64,000 nucleotides of DNA from Octopus bimaculoides (taxonomy: Eukaryota): assembly GCF_001194135.2 (NCBI RefSeq), contig NC_068985.1, forward strand, positions 119,224,310 to 119,288,309, read 5' to 3'. The notes beneath the pieces were generated by a model. That model was not told the origin of the DNA and did no database searches. It saw only the letters and a list, made by a program, of their open reading frames with translations. Positions 25,883-38,189 of this stretch are shown here, piece after piece. How positions within the stretch are numbered: position 1 is the first letter of the stretch; every line of letters starts with the position of its first letter. The translations under genes and the position numbers were made by a program.

Positions 25883-26370
25883 ATGGAAGACCCATTAGCT
25901 TCCAAAGCACAGTTGCAAAAGCAACAACAAGAGGAGCAACAGGAGTTTCAGAAGCAACTATTACAACAACAACTGCAACAACAATTATTGGAGCTATATT
26001 CAAAGAAGTCCAAAGATGAGGTAAGTTCGTTTTTGCCAGATGGTATTTCAAACTTGATTAATGAATGCATGCATCATATTACTGAAGGTGGGAGAAGATT
26101 TTTAAGCAAGATTGCACATCATGGTCGGATGAACAAAAAGTGAGATTGTTATAGCGAAAATTAGCTCCGATAGAGCATGAATGCTACTGTGATTTCGTAT
26201 TGCCTAAAAAACCCAATGAAATTTGTTTTAAAGAAACAATAGAATTACTGTCTAACAAATTTAGTGATAAAACTTATTTATTTAACACTCGAATGGAATG
26301 TTAGAATATAACGAAAAAAGAGAATGATGATTTTATCACACATGTACGAACAGTCAACAAAATGTGTGAA
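25883..26370 (+). mobile_element. Ty3/Gypsy relic, part 2: gag N-terminus
   Basis: MEDPL..Q-rich..FLPDGISNLINE, then DFVLPKKPNEICFKETIELL..LFNTR..KRENDDFITH..VNKMCE; homologous to the gag at 1937-2370. Confidence 0.85.
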
Positions 26371-26639
26371 GCAGAAATCGAACAAACATATTGTTGCGAT
26401 GGGAGTTTTAATGCTAAAGGGCTAAGGTTCCAACTACTATTGTCATTGCCCTTGAGAGGCTGGCAATAGCAGAGATATTGATAAGAACTGAAGCTAAGGT
26501 TACTATAGTTACTAATAGAATTTAGCTACCAACAGAAATATTTCGGGTTGACAGTTTATGTATAATACTTTTTGTTCTAGCTGTGGACCCCCTTCAGCCA
26601 TGTTAAGGAAATACAAAAGCTACATGATAGGAGCTGTGG

Positions 26640-27960
26640 ATAAAAAGAAGATTAATTTCACCCATACCTTTTATTGTTGATGCACTTAAGTAGTACTTGA
26701 GTAATATTTATGACACTAAAAGTAATCAGAACTGGTTTCAGCATTCTCACTGGACATACGAATAGAGTTTGGGTTAGAGAAGTGTTCACATTTGGTAGTC
26801 AAAAGAGGAAAGATGGTTAGCTAGGCATGAAACAAGGGCACCAGTGATCTGAATATCAATGTTGCAAATACTTTTGAATCAATGAGAATACTACATATGT
26901 TGATGCTGTTAGTAAGGACAGAGCGACAAAAGAATAGTTCAGTAGGCTTTGGAAAGTATGGAGCATGGGGCTGTTTGTATTCAATAAGACTATATCCCAT
27001 AATGTTTTTCACTGTCCCAGTGCTAGGATTAATATTCGAAATCTTAGACTAGACACTTGAATAAATTCACAACTTGGACATCAAGACTATGAAGATACTA
27101 ACAATAGCTAGTAACTCCCACAACAAAAGTGACATTGTCTGGATCTATATTAAATGGAAGGATGGAGATAAAGGTCTAAGATCAGTCCACACAGACTTTG
27201 AGTGCCACATTGTATCACTCGGACAACACATACAGAACAGTGAAGAGAGAAATGAGTAAATGAGTAAATGAGTAAATGAGAAATGAGTAAATGCATATTC
27301 AACAGTGAAGGTAATAACATGAGATTAAATGAAGAACTCCTGAAGAAATATTCCAAGTTTACAGCTTCACCATGTAAACCAAAGGTCATTGGACAGACCT
27401 ACTTAGACAGAAACTTAGAAGAGAAATATTCATCATACCAGCAGAAAATTATGTCTGGGTATATGTATTCCACCTTCTAGAGAATGCCAACAACATTAGC
27501 AAGAATAGTAGCCTCTATTGGACCTGTAATTAGTACATCACATCTTGCCTATAAGTCCAAATTTTCACCAGGCTAAACATTTTCATTTGTTCTTATCATC
27601 ATAAGCATATGTATAAACATCAGATTGACAAAGAAACTTAGTAATGCTTGGATTATTTAAAAAAGAATAACACAAGCTGATCAGCATTCTCCAGATATAC
27701 TTGGTTAGAGGAACCATAAAAGTTTGTAAAACATTTCAGGAATTCTACTTTTGAGGTTTCTGGGTAAATATATGCAGGCAATCACATATATGTATGGAAT
27801 ATATATGTATGTGCACACATAAAAAGAGATGAAACTCACATTTGCATTCTATTGTAGTATGTACACTGATGACTGCAAGTTTATCCACATACACACATGC
27901 ATACACATATTTGCATACACCAACCAATTCAGGTAATGACAAACATTAAGAGCTGTCTTG
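26640..27960 (+). mobile_element. R4/Dong-like (RLE-type) non-LTR retrotransposon fragment
   Basis: LDIKTMKILT..HNKSDIVWIYIKWKDGDKGLRSV resembles the LDxKTRKxLT..HPxSDVxRLY..R..GGRGL post-RT motif; heavily decayed. Confidence 0.55.
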
Positions 27961-30479
27961 ATTTAAACAAAAGAGCTTTGTCATCTTGTTAATGACTGGT
28001 TTGAATTCTGCAAAGGGAAAAAGTAAAAAAAAATCCTCAAATAAGCATCCATCCATCCATCCATCCATCCATCCAAGCTTCTTTCAATTTTTGTTACTAA
28101 ATTTACTCACAAGGCTTTAGTCAGCCTGGGGTTGTAACAGAAGCCATTTGCCCAAGGTGCTGCACAGAGAGACTAAACCCATGCATACATACATGTATGT
28201 ATGCATGGATTTACATAAGCACACATATGCGCATGCTCACACCACACATGGAAATGTTGAAACAGTATGACCCAAAATATTTTGTGGTAGAGTAGTTACA
28301 TGTTAATAGTATAGTTAATAAATATAGGAACGCTTGATGTTCATGTTTTGAGAGGCAGCCTCAACTGGCATGTGTTGGCTGCTGCGCTGCCTAGTTCTCA
28401 TGGTTAGTATATTGTAAGGAAACCACTGACTCAACTACTATTCCTCACCACTCCCAATCATTGGTCTACTTTTTTTCAGTCACTTGCAGTAGGAGAATAG
28501 TTAAGTTCAAGTCTCACATTAGCAGTTAAGTATACAAAATACTGAATTACAGAATTGGGTGAGGTGTCAGTTGTATGGGAAAGTAATCTAAGTCTTGTAT
28601 AACTATAATTAACCATAAAAGATGTGAATGGTTAATGTGAAGGTTGTTTCAGTAAAATAATGTAAGAATTGCATAATGACTATGGTTACACCTAGGTTTG
28701 GGAAAGTAATTTAAGAAATTACGTAATGTCTATACTTAATCTGGAAAGATTTATTTAGTATTAACTGGGTTAATATTTCTAAAAATTATCTCAAGTATTA
28801 ATATAAACCAAGGTTTAAAAGAACTTTTGTTAATAAAAATTTAACAGAAGAAAATATAATTTTTTGGAAAGGGTATAGTTAGATAAACCAATGTTTCTAT
28901 TTGTCTGGTAGTTATTTAACAATGATGAATGATGAAGGCTAAAGTCCTCAGTGGTGAAAATTGAACTGAAAATGTAAAGAGTAAAACCAACATTGGTGAA
29001 GCTTCAGCTTAAATATAAAAGGATGAACTTAAAAATTAAAAGGCATTTTTGGTTAGTTCGCCATCCATCACATATGAAGATGAATAATTTCATATCGTTT
29101 TCTTTTCCTTGTATGTGTGTGTGTAATACATACCTAAATGTATGTTTGCCTATAAAAGTGTAATTATTTGGAAATAAAATAATTCTGAGCTTCCACCAGC
29201 ATGGTAAATGATAGATTGGTCAAGTGAGTAATAGAGTCTCGATGTATTCGCTCTTCCTGCTAGATACAGCAGTTGCTGTAACTGCCACAACTCACACCCA
29301 ACTTAAAAATGACAGGATGGGCATAGTTGGGGTACCTTTGAACATGGGTCTGCTTTATTGGAGTTGAATAGTGACTAAACACCAACATATTCATATACTC
29401 ACATACAAGGGGACAAAGAAAATGATTAAAATATTTTATTCTTGATTGGTTTTCACGGTTACTGAATCACAAGTTTGAAGATGATAAAGTAATCTCGATC
29501 AAAGTTCTCTAGAAAATAAATGTTATTATATACTTTCAACAGGCAGCATAAAATTTAAAATCGATGATTAAAAGACTTCAAAATCTAAACATTACTAACA
29601 TAACAACCAAGTAACCTTCTCCATGTTGGTTAGGTGTTGCTGTCTCATTATGTAACTTCATACAAAAGTGGTCTTTACCACAAAGCTGAGGGAGCAAAAA
29701 CAGCCAAAGTTGAATGTAAAACATGTGAATCATTAGCATTTATAAGAAATTGAAACTCTGCACATGTTTCCACTTCATTGAGCATCACCAGCAAAGTGAA
29801 GCGCCATCTTGTTACTTTGAAGGTGGCAAGTGCTTTGTTAAGTTGCATTCAGATACAGAGATATATATTTTCAACATAAAAATGTTGAGTTGTTTACAAA
29901 ATAAACAATTTGCAGATGAAATCTGCTTGCTAAAAATGTCACTAATAGTAGTGGTTCTTTACTACTACTACTACTACTACTACTTTTTTTAACACTGTAC
30001 TGCTGCAATTAAAAATATTACTACTAACTATAACTTTCTTTTGTAGTGATAGGGTGTGATTCAGGTAAGAATTGGTTGCCGTTTCCGACAGGTACACAGA
30101 ATTATTGTAGCATCTGACGACATGCTGGTGGTATTTAGTTTCGTTTTTTGCGTTCTGAGTTCAAATCTCACCAATGCCTCGTTGACTTTTATATTCAGTA
30201 GACGATAGAAAATAAATAACAAGTACTAGGTTGATTTATTGTTCCTATAAAAAGTACGAGGAATGTGAATGGAATTATAATAGAAACAAGCTATATAGTG
30301 CTGCGCTTATCAACCTTTGTCTAGTAGTTTATGAATTGTAAATTGTTTATGGATAAGTTACACAGTCATATAAAAGCATAGGAACCACAACATAATATTT
30401 ATTGTAAACAAAAAACTCATGGATATTTCAAGTATCAAACAGAAAAGCGCGATGCAGTAGAATATATTTTTGAAAAATG

Positions 30480-30925
30480 GGTCGCGAAAGATTATTGAAT
30501 TTGCCAAAACGGGTGGGAACCGCTGAGAGAAAGAGAAATAAAGAAGGAGAATGGGAGAAAGAGAGAGAGTTTCTCTCTGATGCGTGGAAACGAAGAGACA
30601 GGAAATAGGTGCATTTGGCTGGAGAGAATTGTGGCTTCTGATTGATGAAAATCTGCTGACGTCATAGAGTTAATTTGAGGCACGGTAGGATTGGCAGACT
30701 ATTTATCAATGAGTCGAAACAGTTATCTCAGTTGACTTCGGTGGAACTTAATTGAAAAGGCACTCAAGTAACTATTCGTTTGTTAGTAAATACCAAAAAT
30801 TAGTTTTTAGCTTTCGTATAAACACATCAAAAGAAAATAAAACACTTCAATAATATATTGTTTTATCCTCATTATACAAAGCGTTAAGTAGCTATTTTTT
30901 TTCTTCTACTTGGATTCACGCAACG
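30480..30925 (+). promoter_or_regulatory. Putative promoter and 5' UTR of the + strand gene
   Basis: Abrupt onset of CpG retention, GA-repeat tract, perfect CRE TGACGTCA at 30657-30664 and reverse CCAAT (ATTGG) at 30690-30694, ~235-270 nt upstream of the ATG. Confidence 0.55.
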
Positions 30926-30971
30926 ATGGAATTAAGACTAGGTCATATAATCTTTGTGGCTCTTCTGGTCC
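30926..30971 (+). CDS. Probable first coding exon: signal peptide MELRLGHIIFVALLV (phase-1 donor)
   Basis: ACGATGG start context, basic n-region plus hydrophobic core, donor C|GTAAGT. The link to the downstream exons is inferred. Confidence 0.6.
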
Positions 30972-33931
30972 GTAAGTATTTTGATAATTCATTCCATTAC
31001 AGTGTTATTAAAGATGTTTGCCCGTATTTATAAATACAGGTACATACTCTCATCTCTCTACCTATTTAGATTTTCTCACAAGAAATACTTCTTTACTCTT
31101 TCTCTGTCTCTCTCTCAAATATTTCATATTAATGTTTTTTATAACAGGTTTCTTGCATCATCGTTATTCCGAGGTCTGAATAATAAGACTCTGCTTCTAA
31201 TGTAAAATATTATCTAAATTCTACTTTTTTTGTTTTGAATATTTTTTTTCACGCTTGTAAACTCAAATGTTTATTTCCCTAATACATGGTGTGGTAGAAT
31301 CAAAATTGTCTTCATAAAAGTCCCTTTCTGTAATTCTTTGTTTTCTTTTCTCTTTTATGTAGTTCTTTTTTTCTTTTCTAATTGTCTACACTTGTAAGTA
31401 CCACTAATTGACTGATTTCAGGTTAACCGAAAGAGCTATACTAAAAGGTGTAACCGTAGCTATTCCGTCCTTGGTGCTAATGTAGTTAGAGTATTTAGGG
31501 AACGCATTACTTTTTTTCTCTCCTCAAAACTAGTTGTAATTTGAGGTTAACGGGAACTGCTATTTCAAGCATGCCTGTCGACCACGTTGTTTCCAGTTAT
31601 ATATGTCATTTTTATTATTGAATTTACATAATTTTGTAATGAAAACGCTAGAGTTAACTTAAAAATTTAAAGCAAAAGAAAATGAAGTTTTAAGGCTTTA
31701 GTAAAGTTTACTATTAATAAGGGACATTTTTTTTTTTCATTCACGTGAATCAATGGAAAACTGTCGGTATGACAAAATTTTGCTATCGAATCTCGATCTC
31801 AGCCAAACACCGAATCTTAATCCTTCGAAAATACGTGCGTATAGATTATCCTCCTCTGAAAGAAAGAAAGAAAAAGTGTCGGTTGAAATAAAGATTTATC
31901 ATTGGAAAATTCTCATAAGTTCAAGTTTGGTATTACTGCATTTTCGCTCGTCCATTCTTTTCCTTCTGCTCTTATCTTAATCTTTAGACTGATTAAAATT
32001 GAACTTCGGCGTCGGAAAAAAAAGTTACAGCTTAAAAATAAATTTTAGTAAAAATCGTTATTTGAAACAAGAGCATTTTTTTTTTTTTTCATTTAATTAA
32101 TAGCTTTTTTTTTCCTTGAAAGAAACTTTACGTATTAGGTAATTTTTAAAAAGATATTTTATGGTGAATAAAATTTTATTGGTGAATTTTTCATAGAAAA
32201 ATATCCTCCACTTATTAGTAAAACGGTATGAAATGAATTTTTTATTTAGGCAGCAAGTTTTCGAAGCTTTTTCGTCTGGAAATCTCAAAATTATAGTGTG
32301 AAAATATATTTAATAAACAAATTAATAAAGAAGTTACATTCCATTTACGCGAAAGAAATTATACAACTTCTGATAGATGAGGTTGAATTAAGTTTCGAAC
32401 CTCGGAGGAAGCCCTCTAGATTTTTTTTTCCATTAACGTTTGTGTTAAAGGTTTCAGCGCCATACAACTTCCATCTTAATTGTTTAGTACATCTAAAAGT
32501 GTACTAAACTAAGTGTCTGAGCGCGGTATCTTTGATAGTGAGTTTTGACGGACACAAATAAACCACGAACTCTTGCTTTGGCCTACTTGAAATCTTACAT
32601 ATTTTTCTATGTATTTATGTGTGTGTAAGGGGTGGGGGTAACAAGGCCATGCCTCTTTACAACTTAATCGCCTCGTTTATTAATTAAAGCATAATTTTTG
32701 TTAGAAATTTGTAGATTAAAATGTTAAGGAAGAAAAAATATTTATAAACAAAATAAATCGATTAGCATTTAAATATTGCACAACGTAATGTCATATATGA
32801 GGAATGGGACACTGCAGATTATTATGCAGAAATACTTTTCTTCGATCTCTATATAGTAGACTACTTTATTACTGCTTTGACTTGTAGAATAAACTAAACT
32901 CCAACTAGAAATTTATTTTTCCGTATATTTGTATTTCGTATTGGTATAACCAGGTTGTGATAGATCGTTTTCAGTGTTGTGCAGCGACCATGAATATATT
33001 ATTGAATGTTTGAAAAGGCATAAACTTTTCTGGGTGTAATAAAAAATGAAAACTTTTGATATAATTTTCATTGTATTTCCTTGAAATTTCATTTCATAAA
33101 AATGCATTAAAATGTGAGGAAAATGATCAGGGACACTACATACTAGTTATGTAAAACAAAAACTAACTTTTGTTTTGGTAAACCTTATTAGGCACTTTTT
33201 CGTTATGTGTCTATAAAATGACTGATGAGAAAGTGAAAAAATAAATGATAATCAGTAAAAAATACAATAATTTTTTTCTAAATTATTTAAGATAGGGTTG
33301 AACATTACAAACCCATAACATCTATGCATTGTGGCAAAAGTTAACTGATATGAGCTGATTGAAAGGAAATGTTCGCATGATAATTGGATGTGGATTATTG
33401 AATTTCTTGTATTGATGGAATTAATTCATAATTTAATCAAAATATAATTTGTACTACTTCTTGAATTCTAACAAACACTGAGAATTAAACGGAAATAAGA
33501 TACTTTTCGGTTTGAATTTGTGGATAAGAAACGATTATCAGTTTTTTTCTTTTCACTTTCAAAAGTCTTTTTGATGTTCATGTTGACCAGTTTAAATATA
33601 CTCACAACGTAAGAATACTCCTTATAATAGAATTTATGCATATCTATCAAAATATGTAACCGAAACTTTTCTGGCTCTTCCACTTATCACTTAGTACCCC
33701 CTCTCTAAACACCTCATACCTCACACTGCTTTCTGAAGTAGAAATAGCACCCAAATCTCCCTCAATTCATACCACATCGTAAATAAATACTCTAAATAAA
33801 CATTTTCATGGCTAGAATGCATTTCATCATAGTTCTGTTCTATGAACGCTGATCTGGAGCTAAACTAGTACTTTGAGCCAGCGAGGGAAAGCTATATTTA
33901 CGGGTTTTTACGGCCATTTGTTCTGAAAGAC

Positions 33932-34075
33932 CAGTGGTTCTCAACCTAGAAATTGTATGAAAAAATTAAAATATTTTGTGTATTGTAGAATTATAACCAA
34001 GTTATTGCACGTAAATCTTAACAAAATTTTATATGGGTCCCCAAGGGTCATATGGGCCCCAGTTGAGAACCATTG
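33932..34075. mobile_element. 144-bp hAT MITE
   Basis: TIR CAGTGGTTCTCAAC / GTTGAGAACCATTG; 8-bp TSD TGAAAGAC / TGATAGAC (7 of 8 match). Confidence 0.85.
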
Positions 34076-35139
34076 TGATAGACATGATAGCTTAATTTCT
34101 CTCGAATCGTATATCATTTTAAATAAGGCAAGAACACACCAGACTATATAATCATAATCTCTCTCTTGTATATGAGAAAGGGAGGCTTGCTTAGGACCAG
34201 CTTCCGTAAGCTCTGCTGCAAATTGCTGGTAGAATCTCGATGGGCATGGCCTAAGCATGAAAGCAAATAAATTTTCGAAAAAAAAAAAAAGAAAATAATA
34301 ATTGTGAGCAGATGTGAAAGGGAACAAAGAATTCTTTGTGGGTTTGGGACAATATTAAGGGCAAACATTCTGTACTTATTTGTTGGACAGATCAATGGGA
34401 CAGAAATTATGTTGGCTTCGTCATTGTTTAACTTTTGATAGATGACTCCGTTCGTTCCTTGTAGCTCATTTGGGGGAACTTAATCTCAACATTGATTTGT
34501 TCAGCACATTGGGGCAAGTTTTTCCAGAGTGGAGGCGTCATGATTGTTTTCCGTGTTAAGCTGCGTTCACTTGTGATGGTGATAATTGTGAAATCTTCCG
34601 GCGGAACGGTTATTGTGTTTGAACATAGTAACTTCTTTCCCATGGGAATTACCAGTTTCCCCAGCATGTATCACGTTCTTTTCAGCTTTAGAATGATAAG
34701 GAAGAGATGATGATCTGCAAATACTCGTTATTGAAATCGTTAACATTCGCCTTTTAGACTAGACTGCGATGGTGAACCTAAACATGCATGGCAGCAATGT
34801 CACATGGATTTTTTTTTAAGTGATAATACAATAGACTTTTGAGGAGAAAATCTCCTTGCAATATCAGACTACAAAATAGACTCGTTTACGATTTCACATT
34901 CTCTTAGTGATTGCGTGTTTTATCAAATAAGCTATTGTTCATCACTCTCCAATTTTATTTGATGACCTTCACGATAAAGACACCATTGAAAATGAGTTAG
35001 CAGTAATATTGTTAAAAAGTTAAGAATGAATACAGAAAATTAAATTCAGTGCTTAAATGCATGCAACTTCTGTTTGTCTTGAGACCTGATTCACGCCATC
35101 GGTTCAGTTAGCTTTTATTGCACGATATTGTCACCAGGG

Positions 35140-35335
35140 TTTATTCATTTTATTTTTCTTGTTTCAGTCATTAGACTGCAGCCATGCGGGGGGAGGGGGC
35201 ACCTTGAATTTTTTTTTTTTTTTAGTCGAATGACTCGACCCCAGTACTTTTTTTTTCTTTAAAGCCTGGTACTTATTTTATTGGTCGCTTTTGCCGAAAC
35301 ACCTGTTATGGAGATATAAACACAGACACACGCGG
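35140..35335 (-). mobile_element. SINE family A, 3' half
   Basis: GTTTCAGTCATTAGACTGCAGCCATGC..GACCCCAGTACTT..GCTTTTGCCGAA. Confidence 0.8.
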
Positions 35336-35359
35336 GGAGACTATATATATATATACATA

Positions 35360-35524
35360 GGCGCAGGAGTGGCTGTGTGGTAAGTAGCTTGCTAACCAAC
35401 CACATGGTTCCGGGTTCAGTCCCACTGCGTGGCATCTTGGGAAAGTGTTTTCTACCATAGCCTCGGGCCGACCAAAGCCTTGTGAGTGGATTTGGTAGAC
35501 GGAAACTGAAAGAAGCCCGTCGTA
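35360..35524 (+). mobile_element. SINE family A, young 5' half running into a gap
   Basis: Intact tRNA-like head with A and B boxes; CpGs retained. Confidence 0.92.
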
Positions 35525-36302
35525 NNNNNNNNNNNNNNNNNNNNNNNNNNNNNNNNNNNNNNNNNNNNNNNNNNNNNNNNNNNNNNNNNNNNNNNNNNNN
35601 NNNNNNNNNNNNNNNNNNNNNNNNNNNNNNNNNNNNNNNNNNNNNNNNNNNNNNNNNNNNNNNNNNNNNNNNNNNNNNNNNNNNNNNNNNNNNNNNNNNN
35701 NNNNNNNNNNNNNNNNNNNNNNNNNNNNNNNNNNNNNNNNNNNNNNNNNNNNNNNNNNNNNNNNNNNNNNNNNNNNNNNNNNNNNNNNNNNNNNNNNNNN
35801 NNNNNNNNNNNNNNNNNNNNNNNNNNNNNNNNNNNNNNNNNNNNNNNNNNNNNNNNNNNNNNNNNNNNNNNNNNNNNNNNNNNNNNNNNNNNNNNNNNNN
35901 NNNNNNNNNNNNNNNNNNNNNNNNNNNNNNNNNNNNNNNNNNNNNNNNNNNNNNNNNNNNNNNNNNNNNNNNNNNNNNNNNNNNNNNNNNNNNNNNNNNN
36001 NNNNNNNNNNNNNNNNNNNNNNNNNNNNNNNNNNNNNNNNNNNNNNNNNNNNNNNNNNNNNNNNNNNNNNNNNNNNNNNNNNNNNNNNNNNNNNNNNNNN
36101 NNNNNNNNNNNNNNNNNNNNNNNNNNNNNNNNNNNNNNNNNNNNNNNNNNNNNNNNNNNNNNNNTGGTGTTTGGCTCGATCAAGAGTTTTGAGAATGCTC
36201 TAAGTTTTAAGACCGGAATTTGTTTTTTCTTTTTTTATTTTTAAGAAGCTAGCTTTAAGATTCTTGAACAATATGCAACATGGTTCATACGGGATTTTAA
36301 GG

Positions 36303-37102
36303 GGGTCTTTCTAATTTGGCAGACGCCACTTGTTTTCTTAACGAAACACTTTCAAACTTGGGACACTGGTAGAATGTGTCATACGAAAAACATCTTTTAC
36401 TCTTAGTGTTATTGAGAAAATTTTATCTTTTTAAAGTTATTTCGTGTTAAGATTGTCGTATTTCGGCAATTTCAACCAATCACTGACGTCTATTGAGGTG
36501 AAAACAATACTGCTGTGAATTGTCAATAAAACGTTGTGCGGTGTAATGGGAATAAAATTAGTGCTGTTTGTCAACAACTATCGGCGGTACTGTAATGACA
36601 TCGTTCGTGCATTTGTATTGGTTTTAGGGTTAGGGTTCGGGTTTTCGAGTTAGGGTTATGAGTATTTTTGCCAAATTTGGTGAAAAATTTGTGGCAGTGT
36701 AATGAACAGATTTTCACCAAATTTGGCAAAAATATTCATAACCCTACCCTTAAAACCCTAAAGCTAAAACCAGTACAAGCGCACGAACGATGTCATAAAT
36801 AACAGTATCGCCGATAGTTGTTGTTGACAAACAACGGCACTAATTTTATTCAAGGGAAAAGATCCCATTACACCGCACAACGTTTTGTTGACAATCCATA
36901 GCAGTAATTATTTTCACCTCAATAGACGTCAGTGATTGGTTGAAATTACCGAAATATGACAACTTTTAACATGAAATAACTTCGAATATAAAATTTTTTC
37001 TCTGTTCTATAAGACAAAATATACAAGTATACGAAGTTTTAAAGTAGAAGACACACTAAATAAAACAAATAAAAAATGGTGCCCGCCAAATCAGAAAGAT
37101 CC
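36303..37102. mobile_element. 800-bp fold-back MITE with GG..CC termini and 8-bp TSD (Merlin-type)
   Basis: TSD TTTTAAGG at 36295-36302 and 37103-37110; 26-bp TIR (21 of 26 match); internal arms pair around a 24-nt loop at 36687-36710. Confidence 0.9.
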
Positions 37103-37493
37103 TTTTAAGGCCCTGTCTAAGTAGTTTTCTATAGAAAATTCAAAGAATTGGAGAAAACAACACAAAATAGATTTCACAGATCTGAAATTGTGTTGAATGG
37201 TTGGAGTCAAGAGATCTAGTAAATATGTTTGTCGAATTAAAATTTTATTTGAAAACCGAAACTTATTATACTAGAGGTAGTTTTAAAGGAAACTGAACGT
37301 GTACGAGTAATCTTGAATAAGCGTAAAGCTTTTGATTGTGGAATTGTATTCTCATAAATCTTGCAAAATGCACTCCTAGCCACTTAATGTGAAACCTTGT
37401 ACTAAGCACTAAGATCTATTAAAAGAAAGTTGTCTGTGAATAGCAGAAAGGATTAGAAGTCATTATCTGCAAGTCAAAACGAAAGATTATTAA

Positions 37494-37650
37494 GGCGGCG
37501 AGCTGACAAAATTATTGGCACGTGGGACGAAATGCTTAGCAGTATTTCACTCGTCGCTACGTTCTGACTTCAAATTCCACTGAGGTTGACTTTGCCTTCA
37601 GTCTTTAGGGAGTCAATAGTACCAGTCACACACTGGGGTCGACCAAATTT
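37494..37650 (+). mobile_element. SINE family B, 5' part
   Basis: AAGGCGGCGAGCTG..GAAATGCTTAGC.GTATTTC..GAGGTTGACTTTGCCTT. Confidence 0.8.
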
Positions 37651-37679
37651 CAGACCTTGTCTTTATAGTAGAAAGGATT

Positions 37680-38045
37680 ATTACCTCCGCCCTAGCGAAG
37701 GCAGAGATATGGTTTTCAGTCGTGTTTGTTTATCCGTGGACAAGATATCTCATGGACTGCTGGATGGGTTCATATGAAACTTTTAGGGATGTCTGGCCTC
37801 GTAACCGGCACGAACTGATTAGATTTTGGAATCGATCCGGTACCGGACAAGGATTCTGGATTATTTTTCCCTTTTTTTTATACTTAATATTTGAGAGTGG
37901 TTGGGTTCATTTTTGGTATTCTCGGCTGAGAGCAGTCAAGTTTATTTCAAATATTCTCATTTTAAAAATCATCTCTGGCTAACCGTAGAGAAGACGTTGG
38001 TGTTTCCTTGGCGGAGGTTTGCACTATTGAGTGCTCTCATTATTA
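37680..38045 (+). mobile_element. Helentron-associated non-autonomous element (HINE-like)
   Basis: Asymmetric subterminal IRs ACCTCCGCC (37683-37691) and GGCGGAGGT (38010-38018), followed by a 3' hairpin GCACT-ATTG-AGTGC (38021-38034). Confidence 0.75.
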
Positions 38046-38189
38046 AGGTGGCGAGCTGGCAGAATCGTTAGCACGCCGGGCGAAATGCTTAATGGTATTT
38101 CGTCTGACGCTACGTTCTAAGTTCGGATTCCGCCGAGGTTGACTTTGCCTTTCATTCTTTCAGGGTCAGATGAATACTGGTTCGATGTA
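38046..38189 (+). mobile_element. SINE family B (young copy)
   Basis: AAGGTGGCGAGCTGGCAGAATCGTTAGCACGCCGGGCGAAATGCTT..GACTTTGCCTTTCATTCTTTCAGGG. Confidence 0.88.

Noticed and set aside
1-30000. A second host gene upstream of or divergent from the promoter
   Set aside because: A manual scan of donor and acceptor pairs on both strands gave no multi-exon, phase-consistent ORF outside transposon relics. Short exons could have been missed.
32954-33030. Phase-1 frame RCDRSFSVLCSDHEYIIECLKRH as candidate exon 2
   Set aside because: No phase-2 GT donor after a Cys, and the frame runs into TAA.
33800-33930. Possible C/D snoRNA upstream of the hAT MITE
   Set aside because: No proper RTGATGA box C and no terminal stem with box D; no recognisable antisense element.
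34428-34720. GC- and CpG-richer unique stretch with ORFs on both strands and Cys-spaced fragments
   Set aside because: No recognisable domain, stops in the most protein-like frames, and no consistent splice-site pair. It remains unexplained and may be regulatory.
35360-35440. tRNA-like A and B boxes (also 12822, 47150, 56400)
   Set aside because: These are SINE heads: no cloverleaf or acceptor stem, and they continue into the multi-copy SINE body.
36246-37120. Idea that the Merlin-type MITE interrupts exon 2 (the empty site reads phase 1 to 2)
   Set aside because: The reconstructed peptide has no Cys and the donor GTAGTT is weak.
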